Virus record (IMG/VR): IMGVR_UViG_3300025082_000007
Coordinates: 6,756-70,755 of that record
Origin: a virus
Length of the DNA stretch: 64,000 nucleotides
Reading direction: 5' to 3' (one strand)
This document shows, piece by piece, positions 54,523 to 63,921 of this stretch; positions within the stretch are counted from its first letter, which is position 1; the number at the start of each line of letters is the position of its first letter. The translations under genes were made by a program, and so were the position numbers. The notes under the pieces are model-generated. The model saw only the letters and a list, made by a program, of their open reading frames with translations, was not told the DNA's origin and searched no databases.

Positions 54523-55241
54523 TCGCCAACCCCGTCGGCAACCATTTCATCGAGAACATCAAGGAACTCCTGACGCTGGTCGCCTTCAAGCTCATTCACC
54601 TTATCAACTTTGAAGACCTCTAGCGCAGCCAAGACACCAGGGGCACCAATATCGCGAGCGGCATCAGAGCAAGCCTTGGTCAGGTCTTCGTCACTAGGCT
54701 CGTCATCAGAAGGGGATTTCTTTGACTTTCCTTTCTTGCCAGTCGTAGTACCAGCCTTGCCTCTGCGACCGCGCCGCCCCTTCTTCTTGGGAGGGTCTTC
54801 CTCTTCTTCCTCTTCCTCTTCGTCATCAGAGGTATCCGTCTTTGCAGACTTCTTCGCTGCACCCTTCCCCCGTCTGCCCCTTCGCCCAGCAGTACGGGCA
54901 GGAGTAGGTTCCTCTTCCTCCTCTTCCTCCTCTTCCTCCTCTTCCTCTTCTTCCTCTTCTTCAGCCTTAGCGTCACTGGTAGCCTCATCAATGGCTTCCA
55001 TCTCTGCCTTCGTCCTGCGCTTGCGCTGCTTCTTAGGTTTGGGATCACGTGATCCCTCTTCCTCACCAATGCGAGCATCCTTGAACATAGCAAGGATCAG
55101 CTTTTCCATAGCTGCCGCAGCACGGCCAACGCCAGTTGTTGGGCCATCGTCATTCGACCCCAACCAACCTGGCGCAAACATACCTACGGTGATCTGGTAG
55201 CCGGAGCCGTGTTCTTCCACGGCGATCTTATTCACGTTCAT
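54519..55241 (-). CDS. Low-complexity protein with poly-Glu and basic tracts
   Basis: Long Glu runs alternating with RRGRRGK; small helical C-terminal domain; typical position upstream of DUF2800. Confidence 0.75.
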   Translation of the reverse strand: MNVNKIAVEEHGSGYQITVGMFAPGWLGSNDDGPTTGVGRAAAAMEKLILAMFKDARIGEEEGSRDPKPKKQRKRRTKAEMEAIDEATSDAKAEEEEEEEEEEEEEEEEEEPTPARTAGRRGRRGKGAAKKSAKTDTSDDEEEEEEEEDPPKKKGRRGRRGKAGTTTGKKGKSKKSPSDDEPSDEDLTKACSDAARDIGAPGVLAALEVFKVDKVNELEGDQRQEFLDVLDEMVADGVGE

Positions 55242-55309
55242 GATTTCCCTCCTTCATGGATAACTTCAGGAATTGTAAGCGAATTTTTACTCATGGTCAA
55301 CACTCCTTT

Positions 55310-56767
55310 CTAGTCTCTCATATCCAAAGTTTCGTAGATATTCTTATCCTTTGCCACCACCTGGCTAATGATCTTCTCATGCAGGGTGCCGGGAACGAAT
55401 GGCATATGGCCAAGGACCCTATCTCCTTCCTGGCCAATGCGGTGGGTCCTCTCCAGCAATTGATCATTCTTCCCCGGCACCCACCAGGGTTCAGCCTGAA
55501 CTACATCTTGCGCTGCCGTTAAGGTCCACCCCTCCCCTAGAGGCAGCACTTGCCCAAGTATGATACGAGTATCAATATCCTCTTGAAATAGATCGACTTG
55601 GGCTTGTTTCTTCTTAGGGCTGGTGTTACCGTCTATATATGCCACACCATATTTGGTTAGCCTTTCCTTTAGATAGTCCAAAACTGATATATGCCATGCT
55701 CCCACTACCAGCTTCTCTATCCCACTATCAAAGAGGTTTTCGATGTAGTCCGCGATGGCAGGTGCCGTGGCCTCACCCAAGAGCCTGAAGGCAGTAGAGA
55801 TAGCACCATCAATAGGGATACCTTCATCAAAGGCATCAGCGTCAAGCTCATACAGCTTTTCCACCTTACCCCAACTATCGTCAGCCATCGCCTTCCTGAC
55901 CTCCTTCGACGCAGCTAGAGGGAACACGTGCCATTGCTTTTCAGGAAGCTCCTTCAGTACATCCTCTTTAAGACGGCGTACCATAATATCCCCGCGCAAG
56001 ATGGTGCGAAGCTGATCTAAGTTACAAGGGACGTTGCGAACCTCATCTGACCAGTGCGGGCCGTACTTCATTACCGTTTCCCCATTCTTGAGAGTAGTTT
56101 CATACCTTCCCGTCACAAAGCCCTGCCCCTTCTCATAAAAATAATCACGAAATCCCTCGACGCTCATGTAATCAATCGCGCTCCAATCCAAGAGCCTGAT
56201 AGCGTTGTAGCATTCGATAGGTTGGTTGGGGAGAATTGTTCCACTGGCCATGGTAATCCTACCTACCACTGACCTCAGCCCATCAGCAGCGCAGATAGCT
56301 GCCGTTCTCTTGTTGCCTTTTGGGTCCTTGAGATAGTGAGCCTCATCAAGGATAAGGTGATCCCACCGCAAATCGAGGAGTGCTTGAAGAATGTTCTTGT
56401 TCCGCAGCATATCATAGGAAATGATGAGGTAGTTCGCCTCTGGGCTAACCCCATCTTGCGCCTTGAGAACTGGATAGGTACGGACGTTGGGAAGCATAGA
56501 CCAGCGCCAGACCTCTCGCTCCCAATTGAGCCTCAGACTGGCGGGACATACGACTAGAATTCGCTTAGCCTCTATAGCATTCGAGAGCATCAATAGCTCT
56601 ATCGTTTTACCCAACCCTGGTGCGTCTCCTATGAGAGCGTGATCGCGAGCGAGACAGTATTCCACACTAGCATGTTGGTACTGCCTTGGTTCCTGCCCAG
56701 GCGGGCAAGGAGCCTCATAGAACAAAGGCTCCGTTGCCCAGCTAGCCTCTATGTCATGATCTTTCAT
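55310..56767 (-). CDS. SNF2/HARP-like helicase
   Basis: GDAPGLGKT; VVCPASL..NW; ILDEAHYLK; SGT...N.P.E; RRLKEDVL.ELP.K; GEGWTLT; Q..ER.HRIGQ. Confidence 0.92.
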   Translation of the reverse strand: MKDHDIEASWATEPLFYEAPCPPGQEPRQYQHASVEYCLARDHALIGDAPGLGKTIELLMLSNAIEAKRILVVCPASLRLNWEREVWRWSMLPNVRTYPVLKAQDGVSPEANYLIISYDMLRNKNILQALLDLRWDHLILDEAHYLKDPKGNKRTAAICAADGLRSVVGRITMASGTILPNQPIECYNAIRLLDWSAIDYMSVEGFRDYFYEKGQGFVTGRYETTLKNGETVMKYGPHWSDEVRNVPCNLDQLRTILRGDIMVRRLKEDVLKELPEKQWHVFPLAASKEVRKAMADDSWGKVEKLYELDADAFDEGIPIDGAISTAFRLLGEATAPAIADYIENLFDSGIEKLVVGAWHISVLDYLKERLTKYGVAYIDGNTSPKKKQAQVDLFQEDIDTRIILGQVLPLGEGWTLTAAQDVVQAEPWWVPGKNDQLLERTHRIGQEGDRVLGHMPFVPGTLHEKIISQVVAKDKNIYETLDMRD

Positions 56768-56829
56768 GCAGAGTTTCCGAAGATTGCTGCAAGAACGACG
56801 AGAACAATAGTAATCGTAACTATATCCAT
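56764..56829 (-). CDS. 21-aa single-TM peptide not in ORF track
   Basis: RBS gaggag; MDIVTITIVLVVLAAIFGNSA; ATGA overlap with helicase. Confidence 0.5.
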   Translation of the reverse strand: MDIVTITIVLVVLAAIFGNSA

Positions 56830-56872
56830 AATCTTACTCCTCTATCGTACGTCGATTTTCATTTTTCCCTCC

Positions 56873-56910
56873 AGAAAAAAAAGAGCCTGGGATCACGTGA
56901 TCCCAAGCTC
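56873..56910 (-). terminator. Intrinsic terminator whose stem is the 16-bp palindrome
   Basis: Minus strand gagcttGGGATCACGTGATCCCaggctc followed by T8. Confidence 0.65.
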
Positions 56911-56922
56911 AGTTGCCACAAG

Positions 56923-57687
56923 CTACTTCAGTCCCTTCACAGCCTTGTGAATATCCTCATCGAAGATGGTAACAGTAGCATCCATCTTCCCAGCCATGTG
57001 AGCCATGAGACGCATCTTATCCTTCGCGTCCAGATCCTCGAAAGCCGCGATAGCACCATCAAGACCTTTATCGGCGCTACCCTTACCAAGACCAAGCTTG
57101 TGCTTTTTATTCGCCTTCTTCAGCACCTTCACTGCATCTTCCTTCGACATATTGTCGAAAGCTTCCTCAGCGACCTTGGGGGCGGACTTGACCGCAGCCT
57201 TCTTACCCTCTTCCTTGTCTTTCTTGCGCTTCTTCTCCATAGCCTTGCGACTACCACTACGAAGATCCTCCAACGCTAGTTGGGGATCGTCAGCGGCACC
57301 GATACGCGCAAGCTTGCGAGCGTTTTCGTAAGACCACTTCTCATCCAAATGACCCTCACACCACTCCTTGAACTTGAGGCCAAGGTCATTGCATCGCGTC
57401 TTGACCTCATCCAACTTGATAGCAGCAGCCAAACGATGGTCGTCAGCCTTGCTGTCGTTCTGCGCCGCCTTCTCCAGACGAACGTTGATCTCTTTCGCAG
57501 CGGGATCAAGCTCCTTCTGAGCCTTCTTGAGGTTCTTGGCTTTCTCCTTCGCCGCCTTCTCTTTGGCCTCCTCCTTAGCGGCAGTCTTCTCAGCAGCCTT
57601 GGCTTCCTTCTCCGCAGCCCTGGCTTTCTTTATCGCCTCCTTGGCCTTAGCCGCCGCACCACTACTCTTCTTAGCTTTCTTCGCCAT
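56923..57687 (-). CDS. Lys/Ala-rich DNA-binding protein with DUF3102-like core
   Basis: Histone-H1-like AKK N-terminus; L.EVK..C.....KFKEWC......SYENARKLARI; RBS gaggaggg. Confidence 0.6.
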   Translation of the reverse strand: MAKKAKKSSGAAAKAKEAIKKARAAEKEAKAAEKTAAKEEAKEKAAKEKAKNLKKAQKELDPAAKEINVRLEKAAQNDSKADDHRLAAAIKLDEVKTRCNDLGLKFKEWCEGHLDEKWSYENARKLARIGAADDPQLALEDLRSGSRKAMEKKRKKDKEEGKKAAVKSAPKVAEEAFDNMSKEDAVKVLKKANKKHKLGLGKGSADKGLDGAIAAFEDLDAKDKMRLMAHMAGKMDATVTIFDEDIHKAVKGLK

Positions 57688-57707
57688 CAATTTCCCTCCT
57701 CAGGGTT

Positions 57708-57854
57708 TCAAGTGAAAATCCAGAGGTACATACCATAAAGCCAGAAGCAAAAACCTGTCGCCCAAAGAGCTATTGAACCCCAGGTGACTATCCCTCCAAC
57801 TATGTCGGTACCCCTCCGGTAGCGAGCTTCTACTCTCTTAGTGTACTCTAACAT
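57708..57854 (-). CDS. 48-aa membrane protein not in ORF track
   Basis: MLEYTKRVEARYRRGTDIVGGIVTWGSIALWATGFCFWLYGMYLWIFT. Confidence 0.45.
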   Translation of the reverse strand: MLEYTKRVEARYRRGTDIVGGIVTWGSIALWATGFCFWLYGMYLWIFT

Positions 57855-57886
57855 TACACACCTTGTCTAGTGGGATCACGTGATCC

Positions 57887-59881
57887 CTAGTCCACTGACG
57901 ATAAGTACCGCCAGCGTGACTTCGCTGCGTCATAGTACTGCCTCGCCTCACAGTCGTTACTTGGCATTATTATCTTCGACAGGTAGTGCTTCCTGATAGT
58001 CTGTTCATCTAGGCCGACCCCTCCTCCTCCCTCATCTTCTGCGGCACTGATCTTCACCGCAAATGTAGAGGTAGTCATCTCTACCCCTATGTTACTCTTC
58101 AGCACCTTCATTGCAAATTTATCCACAACATGAAGTTTCGCACCAGCATCTACTTTCTTTCTAGCCTGCTTCTTCTCTTCCTTCTTATCCATCCTGGCCA
58201 TGGCCAAGGTGGTTTCATTCCCCTCCAAATCCATGCGGATGTTGACAGCCTCTACCCAGCGTGGGCTTTCCCACTCAGGAGCATCCTTCTGTTTGGTCAT
58301 CTTTAGCTTGGAGTATTTGTCTTGATCATCCCTCTCGACGACAACGAGGGTATCAGCGTCCGCTTCGAAGACGCTAGAACCTCGTCCACGATCCTTTGCC
58401 TCATGTCCGGTGTGATGGACTGCGAGAACCGTATCACAAAGATTGCGTTGTAGATGCTCAACCATTGCAGTGAAGGAGGAAGCGTGTTCTTGGGCATTTT
58501 CGTTCAATCCTTGCATTGCTCTACCGACTGTATCAATCACCACCAGCCGGTATCCATACGGCTCATATTTTAACGCGCCCTCAATGAAGCCGTCGAGAGC
58601 TTCCAACCCATCAGATACCCTAGGCACTGGGTCAGCTAGATACAACGAGGGGGAGGGTCGCTTCGCCCAATGGAGCCTTGCCCAGCCATTAGCTCTTAGG
58701 CGAATGCCAGAGCGCCCCTCCCCCACCGCATAGAGGACAGGTCCAGGTTTAGCAGGAGCATCCCAAACCCCTCGCCACTCCTGGTCATTGTCCTCCCACG
58801 ATGGATACCCCCCAGTAGCCACCGTTAGTGCTGCATCCAATGCTATAAATGTTTTAAGGCTGGACCGGGGACCGATCAGCATCCCATACCCCCCATCCGT
58901 CAAAAAATCCGGTAACAACCAAGTCGGATCAGGGATCGCTTGCATCCCTCCCCAATCTACAAAACGATACCGCCCCGCTCGCATTGTCCTCCCTTCACCG
59001 GCAGGTTCAATTATCGGCTGGAACTGAATTGCTACCTTGGCAGCTTGGTAGGCTTGTGTGACGTTACCAGGAGCGGAGGTGTTGTACTCGTAAGCATGGC
59101 TAGCTTTGGTCTGTATGTCCTCCCATGGCCATGGGGGGATACACCTCTCATTCCAATGCTCCCACATTACCTCTGCGGCTCGCTCCTCACTCAAGCCACA
59201 GGACTTCATCATGGCTGCGGTAGCGTATGTGGTATTGTCTCCTCCTGCATTTTCGATAGCTATCTTGCACCAGGAACCCCCTATCTCAATCTTTCCTTCG
59301 AGCCATTGGATAGCTCTGTCAATATGCTGGGGCAAGTCCGGCTCAATAATCCAATTATCTCTGTCAACGTGTTTAGCTCGTGCGGGCTTGCAAGCTTCGA
59401 GGAGAGCTTGAGTTCTATTCCCGGCCCTTCCCTCCTGCTCCCATACGTATACTCCATCTTTGGTTGCGGATGGAGGGAGAAGTACATAACCATGGAACGA
59501 GCGTATATCAACGTGCTTTGCGAATGGCTCAACTGAAGACGCAATTGGTTCATCGTCGCTGGATAGCTGATAGAATTCATGGGTACCCCCTCTGGGAGTT
59601 CTGGACACAAGTTTGGTGGGAGGTATCTTTCCCCCCAAAGCTTTAGCCACCTCATCCCTGTTACTCCCTGGATCGTAGTCTATAACCAGGAAGTCCGCGC
59701 CACCAACAGCAAAAGCTATGTTAGCTCCCGGCCACTTATCCCACCAAGCGTTGATAACCTCGGGATCAGTAGTGGCGTCGAGAACGCCGTTACTGGTGTA
59801 AGGGGTCTTGTCTGAACGACAGGGGAAGATAGGCCACCCTCGCTTGGCATAAGCCAGCGCTGCCTCTCGTAACTCGCTCAT
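57887..59881 (-). CDS. Bifunctional primase-polymerase fused to AAA_25/RepA-like helicase
   Basis: AALAYAKRGWPIFPC..KTP; ATTD; ANI; VIDYD; TPRGGTH; DIRS..GYVLLPPS; GPRSSLKT; VVIDT; VHHTG; RGSS. Confidence 0.93.
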   Translation of the reverse strand: MSELREAALAYAKRGWPIFPCRSDKTPYTSNGVLDATTDPEVINAWWDKWPGANIAFAVGGADFLVIDYDPGSNRDEVAKALGGKIPPTKLVSRTPRGGTHEFYQLSSDDEPIASSVEPFAKHVDIRSFHGYVLLPPSATKDGVYVWEQEGRAGNRTQALLEACKPARAKHVDRDNWIIEPDLPQHIDRAIQWLEGKIEIGGSWCKIAIENAGGDNTTYATAAMMKSCGLSEERAAEVMWEHWNERCIPPWPWEDIQTKASHAYEYNTSAPGNVTQAYQAAKVAIQFQPIIEPAGEGRTMRAGRYRFVDWGGMQAIPDPTWLLPDFLTDGGYGMLIGPRSSLKTFIALDAALTVATGGYPSWEDNDQEWRGVWDAPAKPGPVLYAVGEGRSGIRLRANGWARLHWAKRPSPSLYLADPVPRVSDGLEALDGFIEGALKYEPYGYRLVVIDTVGRAMQGLNENAQEHASSFTAMVEHLQRNLCDTVLAVHHTGHEAKDRGRGSSVFEADADTLVVVERDDQDKYSKLKMTKQKDAPEWESPRWVEAVNIRMDLEGNETTLAMARMDKKEEKKQARKKVDAGAKLHVVDKFAMKVLKSNIGVEMTTSTFAVKISAAEDEGGGGVGLDEQTIRKHYLSKIIMPSNDCEARQYYDAAKSRWRYLSSVD

Positions 59882-59891
59882 GTGAGGAGTC

Positions 59892-60071
59892 CTAGGCTGG
59901 GCCTATATGGGATATACTCACAACCCCCTCAGGGAATGCGGCCTTTGCTGCCTCTTTTGCTCTGTCTACACTACGGGCTGTGATGAAGGTTCTCTCAGTC
60001 TTGCTATCGAACCTGAAGCTTTCACTGGTCGAGCCCGCTTGGGTAACAACTTCACATAGGTAGATATTCAT
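59892..60071 (-). CDS. Hypothetical protein
   Basis: RBS ggaggg before MNIYLCEV. Confidence 0.6.
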   Translation of the reverse strand: MNIYLCEVVTQAGSTSESFRFDSKTERTFITARSVDRAKEAAKAAFPEGVVSISHIGPA

Positions 60072-60272
60072 ATTTCCCTCCGAAATGGGATCACATAATC
60101 CCAAACTAGAACGTGTACTCAGCCGTGGCCAACACCCATACGACCACAAAGAGGCTGATAAGCACTGCTCCCCAAAAACGATTAGGCATGTTCACGCTCC
60201 TGGCAAAGCGGAAAGCCCCCAAGGGTAACACAACCCTTGGAGACTTGTCTAGGGTACTCTATTTTCATGTTT

Positions 60273-60581
60273 TTAGGGATTATTGGCAATGAGAGGTGGT
60301 TCGATGGGGTTAGGGTCACGCTTCCCATCCATAACCCTAGCCAGTCTCTCCATCAGTGGCACTCGCGATATAGGTACCCTCCTACGGGCATAGATAAACT
60401 CTCGATACACATTAAGGGCAGTGGCCACTACCTGGGCTGTTTCCTCATCAACACAGAGAACCCCAACGTCGCCGCCCCCAGGTTGGTCATACTCGCCCCC
60501 CACACCTACGCTGTGGAAAGGGCTGCGTGTTTCCCCCCGCAAGGGGAGGAAGTTTCTGGTGCCGATTACTTCATAGGTCAT
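60273..60581 (-). CDS. Hypothetical protein
   Basis: ATGA overlap, RBS gaggg. Confidence 0.55.
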   Translation of the reverse strand: MTYEVIGTRNFLPLRGETRSPFHSVGVGGEYDQPGGGDVGVLCVDEETAQVVATALNVYREFIYARRRVPISRVPLMERLARVMDGKRDPNPIEPPLIANNP

Positions 60582-60823
60582 TTGGTTACCCTCATTGATG
60601 ATACTACGATGCGGTCTACTTCTTCTTCAGATTTGCCCATCCTGCGGTTAGCACGATCAGCCTGGACATATGCTTCCCCCAGGCTATGCCCCCACACCCA
60701 AGGTAGCTGGCCGACCTTCCCCTCCACCACAAAGCTATCGGGCACCTCGCTGCGGCGGTAGATAGCATCCCTATGCTGGCAAAAGGTTTCCTTAGGCACG
60801 TTCGGGATCGTTTTCTCAGGCAT
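60578..60823 (-). CDS. Hypothetical protein
   Basis: RBS aaggag before MPEKTIP. Confidence 0.6.
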   Translation of the reverse strand: MPEKTIPNVPKETFCQHRDAIYRRSEVPDSFVVEGKVGQLPWVWGHSLGEAYVQADRANRRMGKSEEEVDRIVVSSMRVTK

Positions 60824-60858
60824 ATCTTTCTCCTTCATTTTGGGATTACGTGATACCA

Positions 60859-61440
60859 TTATTGGCCGCCACATTCAGCAAGCATAACCTCCTGCTGCTG
60901 GACCTCATCCGCCCATAGGTCGGGTACGTCCTTGCACCAGCAGCCCACAATCCAGTTGAAGCTTTCGATCACCTGGATCAGCTCGACACAATCCTCCATG
61001 TTCAAATCATCAGGGTAATCCTCCCGCACAGAATAGGTAGACCCTCCCCCCGTCCTGATCAAATCCTCAGGTGCCAAGGTTCTCCCCCCTCGCCCATACT
61101 GGTAGAGCTTGCCGTACCAGTCAGCGGTATAATTCCAGGCGCTCCACCGTGAGCGCTCTATCAGTATATTGCGCTTCTCCCGCCGCCTAGCCATACTTTT
61201 GTAGGCCAACGACCTACCCTCGCGGTCGCATTCCTTGCCCACGTTATGGAGGTGCCTGACTAGAGAGCCATAGGCACCTCCCTCCTGGATATACTCAATC
61301 TCGAACGAGGCGGCATCCTGGAACCAATCCCAATAGCTCTCATCCTCAGTGTAGGGATGGTTCACCGTCGCATTGTGGTACAAATCCAGGATCGCACTAC
61401 GAGCCCTGGCCCTGACCGCTTCCTTCTGATCGGTATTCAT
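60859..61440 (-). CDS. Hypothetical protein
   Basis: RBS aaggag; YGRGGRTL. Confidence 0.7.
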   Translation of the reverse strand: MNTDQKEAVRARARSAILDLYHNATVNHPYTEDESYWDWFQDAASFEIEYIQEGGAYGSLVRHLHNVGKECDREGRSLAYKSMARRREKRNILIERSRWSAWNYTADWYGKLYQYGRGGRTLAPEDLIRTGGGSTYSVREDYPDDLNMEDCVELIQVIESFNWIVGCWCKDVPDLWADEVQQQEVMLAECGGQ

Positions 61441-61811
61441 ATGATAACTCCTTCACCCTTGCATGAGGGGCATGAGGGGCTAATGTCGATCCCCCCTAGT
61501 TCATTTTCCGATCCGCAATCGTCGCAACCATGTGTGCGGTCCCATATCTCTGAGGCTTCCTCCTCACAGGCTGTCAATGCGTCCCACCAGTCCTCCATAG
61601 TGAATGGCCATGTCAGTTCGAATACAGTGCAATCGATGTCCGTCCCCTCTACATAGCCAGCTACATGGACCCGATACCCCTCCTCCGGGAAATAACAGGA
61701 AGCCCCGCAGTTCGTGTATTTGTAGACCCCCCTCACCACTAAACGTTCCACATCTTCTATGGTTTCGCCGCCATACTGATGGCTCAGCATCTTGAGCATT
61801 TTATTCATCAT
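61437..61811 (-). CDS. Acidic hypothetical protein with C-terminal Cys motifs
   Basis: YKYTNCGA; CDDC...CPSC.G.G. Confidence 0.65.
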   Translation of the reverse strand: MMNKMLKMLSHQYGGETIEDVERLVVRGVYKYTNCGASCYFPEEGYRVHVAGYVEGTDIDCTVFELTWPFTMEDWWDALTACEEEASEIWDRTHGCDDCGSENELGGIDISPSCPSCKGEGVII

Positions 61812-61901
61812 GTCGATAACCCTCCAAATGGGATCACGTAATCCCAGGTTCAAGCATAGTCAGATTGAAGCTCTGACATATCCGCTCTATATTTTTGCAT
61901 C

Positions 61902-62276
61902 TCAGTAATCCTCCTCTATCTGTTCATCAGCCCAATAAAATGGGTCCATCAAAACGTCGATCCTATACCTCTTAAGCTTATCCTTGCGACACTCTGAGCA
62001 TACTTTGCAGAGGGGGATACCCCGTGCATCATTTTCCCACCAGCTATCCTCCCCACTGCCGCAATCGCAAGTATTCCTTCCCGCCGTTAGATATACCGCT
62101 TCATATCGTTCGTCTATTTCAACTACGGTATGGTTATCACCTAAAGCCTTGGCGGTTTCCACCGCTCCCACCCAAGTATTGAATAACGAGGCGTTTTTAG
62201 CCAGCGCTATATAGGTATTCGCTCCTCCCTTTCTGTGAAGGTATTCCCTGGTTCTATCGTTGCGAATTATATACAT
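61902..62276 (-). CDS. Hypothetical Zn-binding protein
   Basis: CDCGSG..SWWENDARGIPLCKVC. Confidence 0.7.
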   Translation of the reverse strand: MYIIRNDRTREYLHRKGGANTYIALAKNASLFNTWVGAVETAKALGDNHTVVEIDERYEAVYLTAGRNTCDCGSGEDSWWENDARGIPLCKVCSECRKDKLKRYRIDVLMDPFYWADEQIEEDY

Positions 62277-62338
62277 GAAAGCCTCCTTTTTGGGATCACG
62301 TTATCCCATCTAACAGTTATCCCAAGTCCCGAAATAGC

Positions 62339-62584
62339 TTACCAACTTCTTACCAACTTCTTACCAACTTACCAACTTCGGCCATTTTAGGGGTATTTTG
62401 GGATAACGTGATCCCAGGTATGTTGGTAAGAAGTTGGTAAGATGTTGGTAAGCTAAAAACCGCAGAAAACTGCCGTTTTTTAGGAAGTTGGTAAGATGTT
62501 GGTAAGATGTTGGTAACTAAGGGGAGGGTCGAGAAGATGTTGGTAAATATGGGGAGGGGTCTATAGACCCCCCCACTTACCAAC
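62339..62584. repeat. Iteron-like array, TTACCAAC x12 in both orientations (putative origin)
   Basis: Forward at 62339, 62350, 62361, 62369, 62577; reverse at 62422, 62433, 62444, 62487, 62498, 62509, 62539; mostly 11-bp period; non-coding. Confidence 0.85.
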
Positions 62585-62692
62585 TTCGCCTCGGATTGTT
62601 TTGAGATTAGTTTTTGCATCGCTGATACTCTGTTGGAGCTATGGGGAGTGGCCGGAATAATGGACTGGGAAATGGGATAACGTGATCCCAAA

Positions 62693-62995
62693 CTATTTAC
62701 CCCATTCTTCTGGTTCGTCGCCATTTGCATGAAATAGGATGCAATCGGTGCAAATGGATATTTCGTGAAGGTTATCTGGCTGCTTGGCGTCAGGTCCGAA
62801 AGCTTCGTGATGAATGGCCGTAGCTTCGTACCTATCGCCGCCTAAATGTGATCCGCAGCTATCGCAACCCTGCCAAGAGAAGGAACCTTCATCTTCGTAA
62901 TCTTCGCCATGCTCTTCGATAGAGCTAGCCCAAGTACCCGGAGAGATAACGTAGTCCGGCCAGTTATGCTCGATTGCGTCTGTGAATTTTGACAT
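62693..62995 (-). CDS. Acidic hypothetical Zn-binding protein
   Basis: FSW.GCDSCGSHLGGDR; ICTDC..F.ANG. Confidence 0.7.
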   Translation of the reverse strand: MSKFTDAIEHNWPDYVISPGTWASSIEEHGEDYEDEGSFSWQGCDSCGSHLGGDRYEATAIHHEAFGPDAKQPDNLHEISICTDCILFHANGDEPEEWGK

Positions 62996-62997
62996 AT

Positions 62998-63390
62998 TTA
63001 GTCTCCCATTCTCTCTTTGACGTTAGCGGCAATGCCGTCGCCTATGCCTTGGTCGAAAGCTTCCCACAGAGCCTCGCTCAAGCGTTCATCAGCATCATTG
63101 AATTCTTCGGCAGTGAATTCGAATGGACTATATGAACGATCATTTTCTTCACCAGCATAGGCGCGGTGAGATAGGACTTCCTCGCGATCATCGCTGGTTT
63201 CAACGAGCGTAACGTCGCAGTCTGGCTCATCAATGGTTTCCCCTATCTCAGGCAAATCATTGTTGTTGGCGCAGCTATAGCCACGATCAAAACCTCGCAG
63301 GTAGGCATCATCTAAGCCGTTATCATCGAGGTTATCGCCTTTGTAGGTGGCGGCGGTTTCGCGAGCGCTTTTGATGGTAGCTTTTTCCAT
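62998..63390 (-). CDS. Highly acidic hypothetical early protein
   Basis: RBS aagga; D/E-rich; RSYSPFEFTA.EFN. Confidence 0.7.
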   Translation of the reverse strand: MEKATIKSARETAATYKGDNLDDNGLDDAYLRGFDRGYSCANNNDLPEIGETIDEPDCDVTLVETSDDREEVLSHRAYAGEENDRSYSPFEFTAEEFNDADERLSEALWEAFDQGIGDGIAANVKERMGD

Positions 63391-63431
63391 AACATTTCCT
63401 TTCAAGGTTTTGGGATCACGTTATCCCAAGT

Positions 63432-63863
63432 TTATTTGTAGCCAAGATTGAAATCTTTGGCGTAGTCTGAAGCATCCGCTCGCAAACGATTAGCAGCATT
63501 GAGGTGGGATTGGCCATATTTGCGGGCGCGCTTAGCTTTGGCTTCGTATTCGAGCGCTCGCGTTTCAAAGCTAGCGTAGTTATCGCGATGTTCGTGAATG
63601 GCGCGAGCGCAGACGTTAGGCACAGAGTAAATTCGCTTTCCTTCGAAATGTGCGGCCATGTAACAATAGCCTTTGTGTTTTTCCGTTGATACGGAATAAC
63701 GCCTAGTCGTGGCCAGAACAATATCGCCAATGATCCGCCCCATAGCGAAATGGCGACCATACGAATATATCGTGTCGCCTTCATACCAGATGTTGAACCC
63801 GCGCTGGCATTTGCCAGTTTGTGCGGCCCAGTTAGCGCAGACGGTATAGTGAGAAACAGACAT
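63432..63863 (-). CDS. Hypothetical early protein
   Basis: RBS ggaggg; IYSYGRHF; YSVSTEKH. Confidence 0.7.
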   Translation of the reverse strand: MSVSHYTVCANWAAQTGKCQRGFNIWYEGDTIYSYGRHFAMGRIIGDIVLATTRRYSVSTEKHKGYCYMAAHFEGKRIYSVPNVCARAIHEHRDNYASFETRALEYEAKAKRARKYGQSHLNAANRLRADASDYAKDFNLGYK

Positions 63864-63892
63864 TTCAAAACCCTCCAATTGATTGAAGCCTA

Positions 63893-63921
63893 ATTATAGC
63901 CTGGGCCATGGTTGTGGTCAA
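63893..63921 (-). promoter_or_regulatory. Near-consensus sigma70 early promoter
   Basis: TTGACC-17 bp-TATAAT on minus strand; palindrome copy 10 bp upstream of -35. Confidence 0.85.

Noticed and set aside
62339-62584. CRISPR array
   Set aside because: Units are 8-11 bp, adjacent, in both orientations and without unique spacers; better explained as iterons
62350-62730. 126-aa minus-strand ORF over the iteron region
   Set aside because: Translation merely reflects the repeats (LPTSYQL); no convincing RBS
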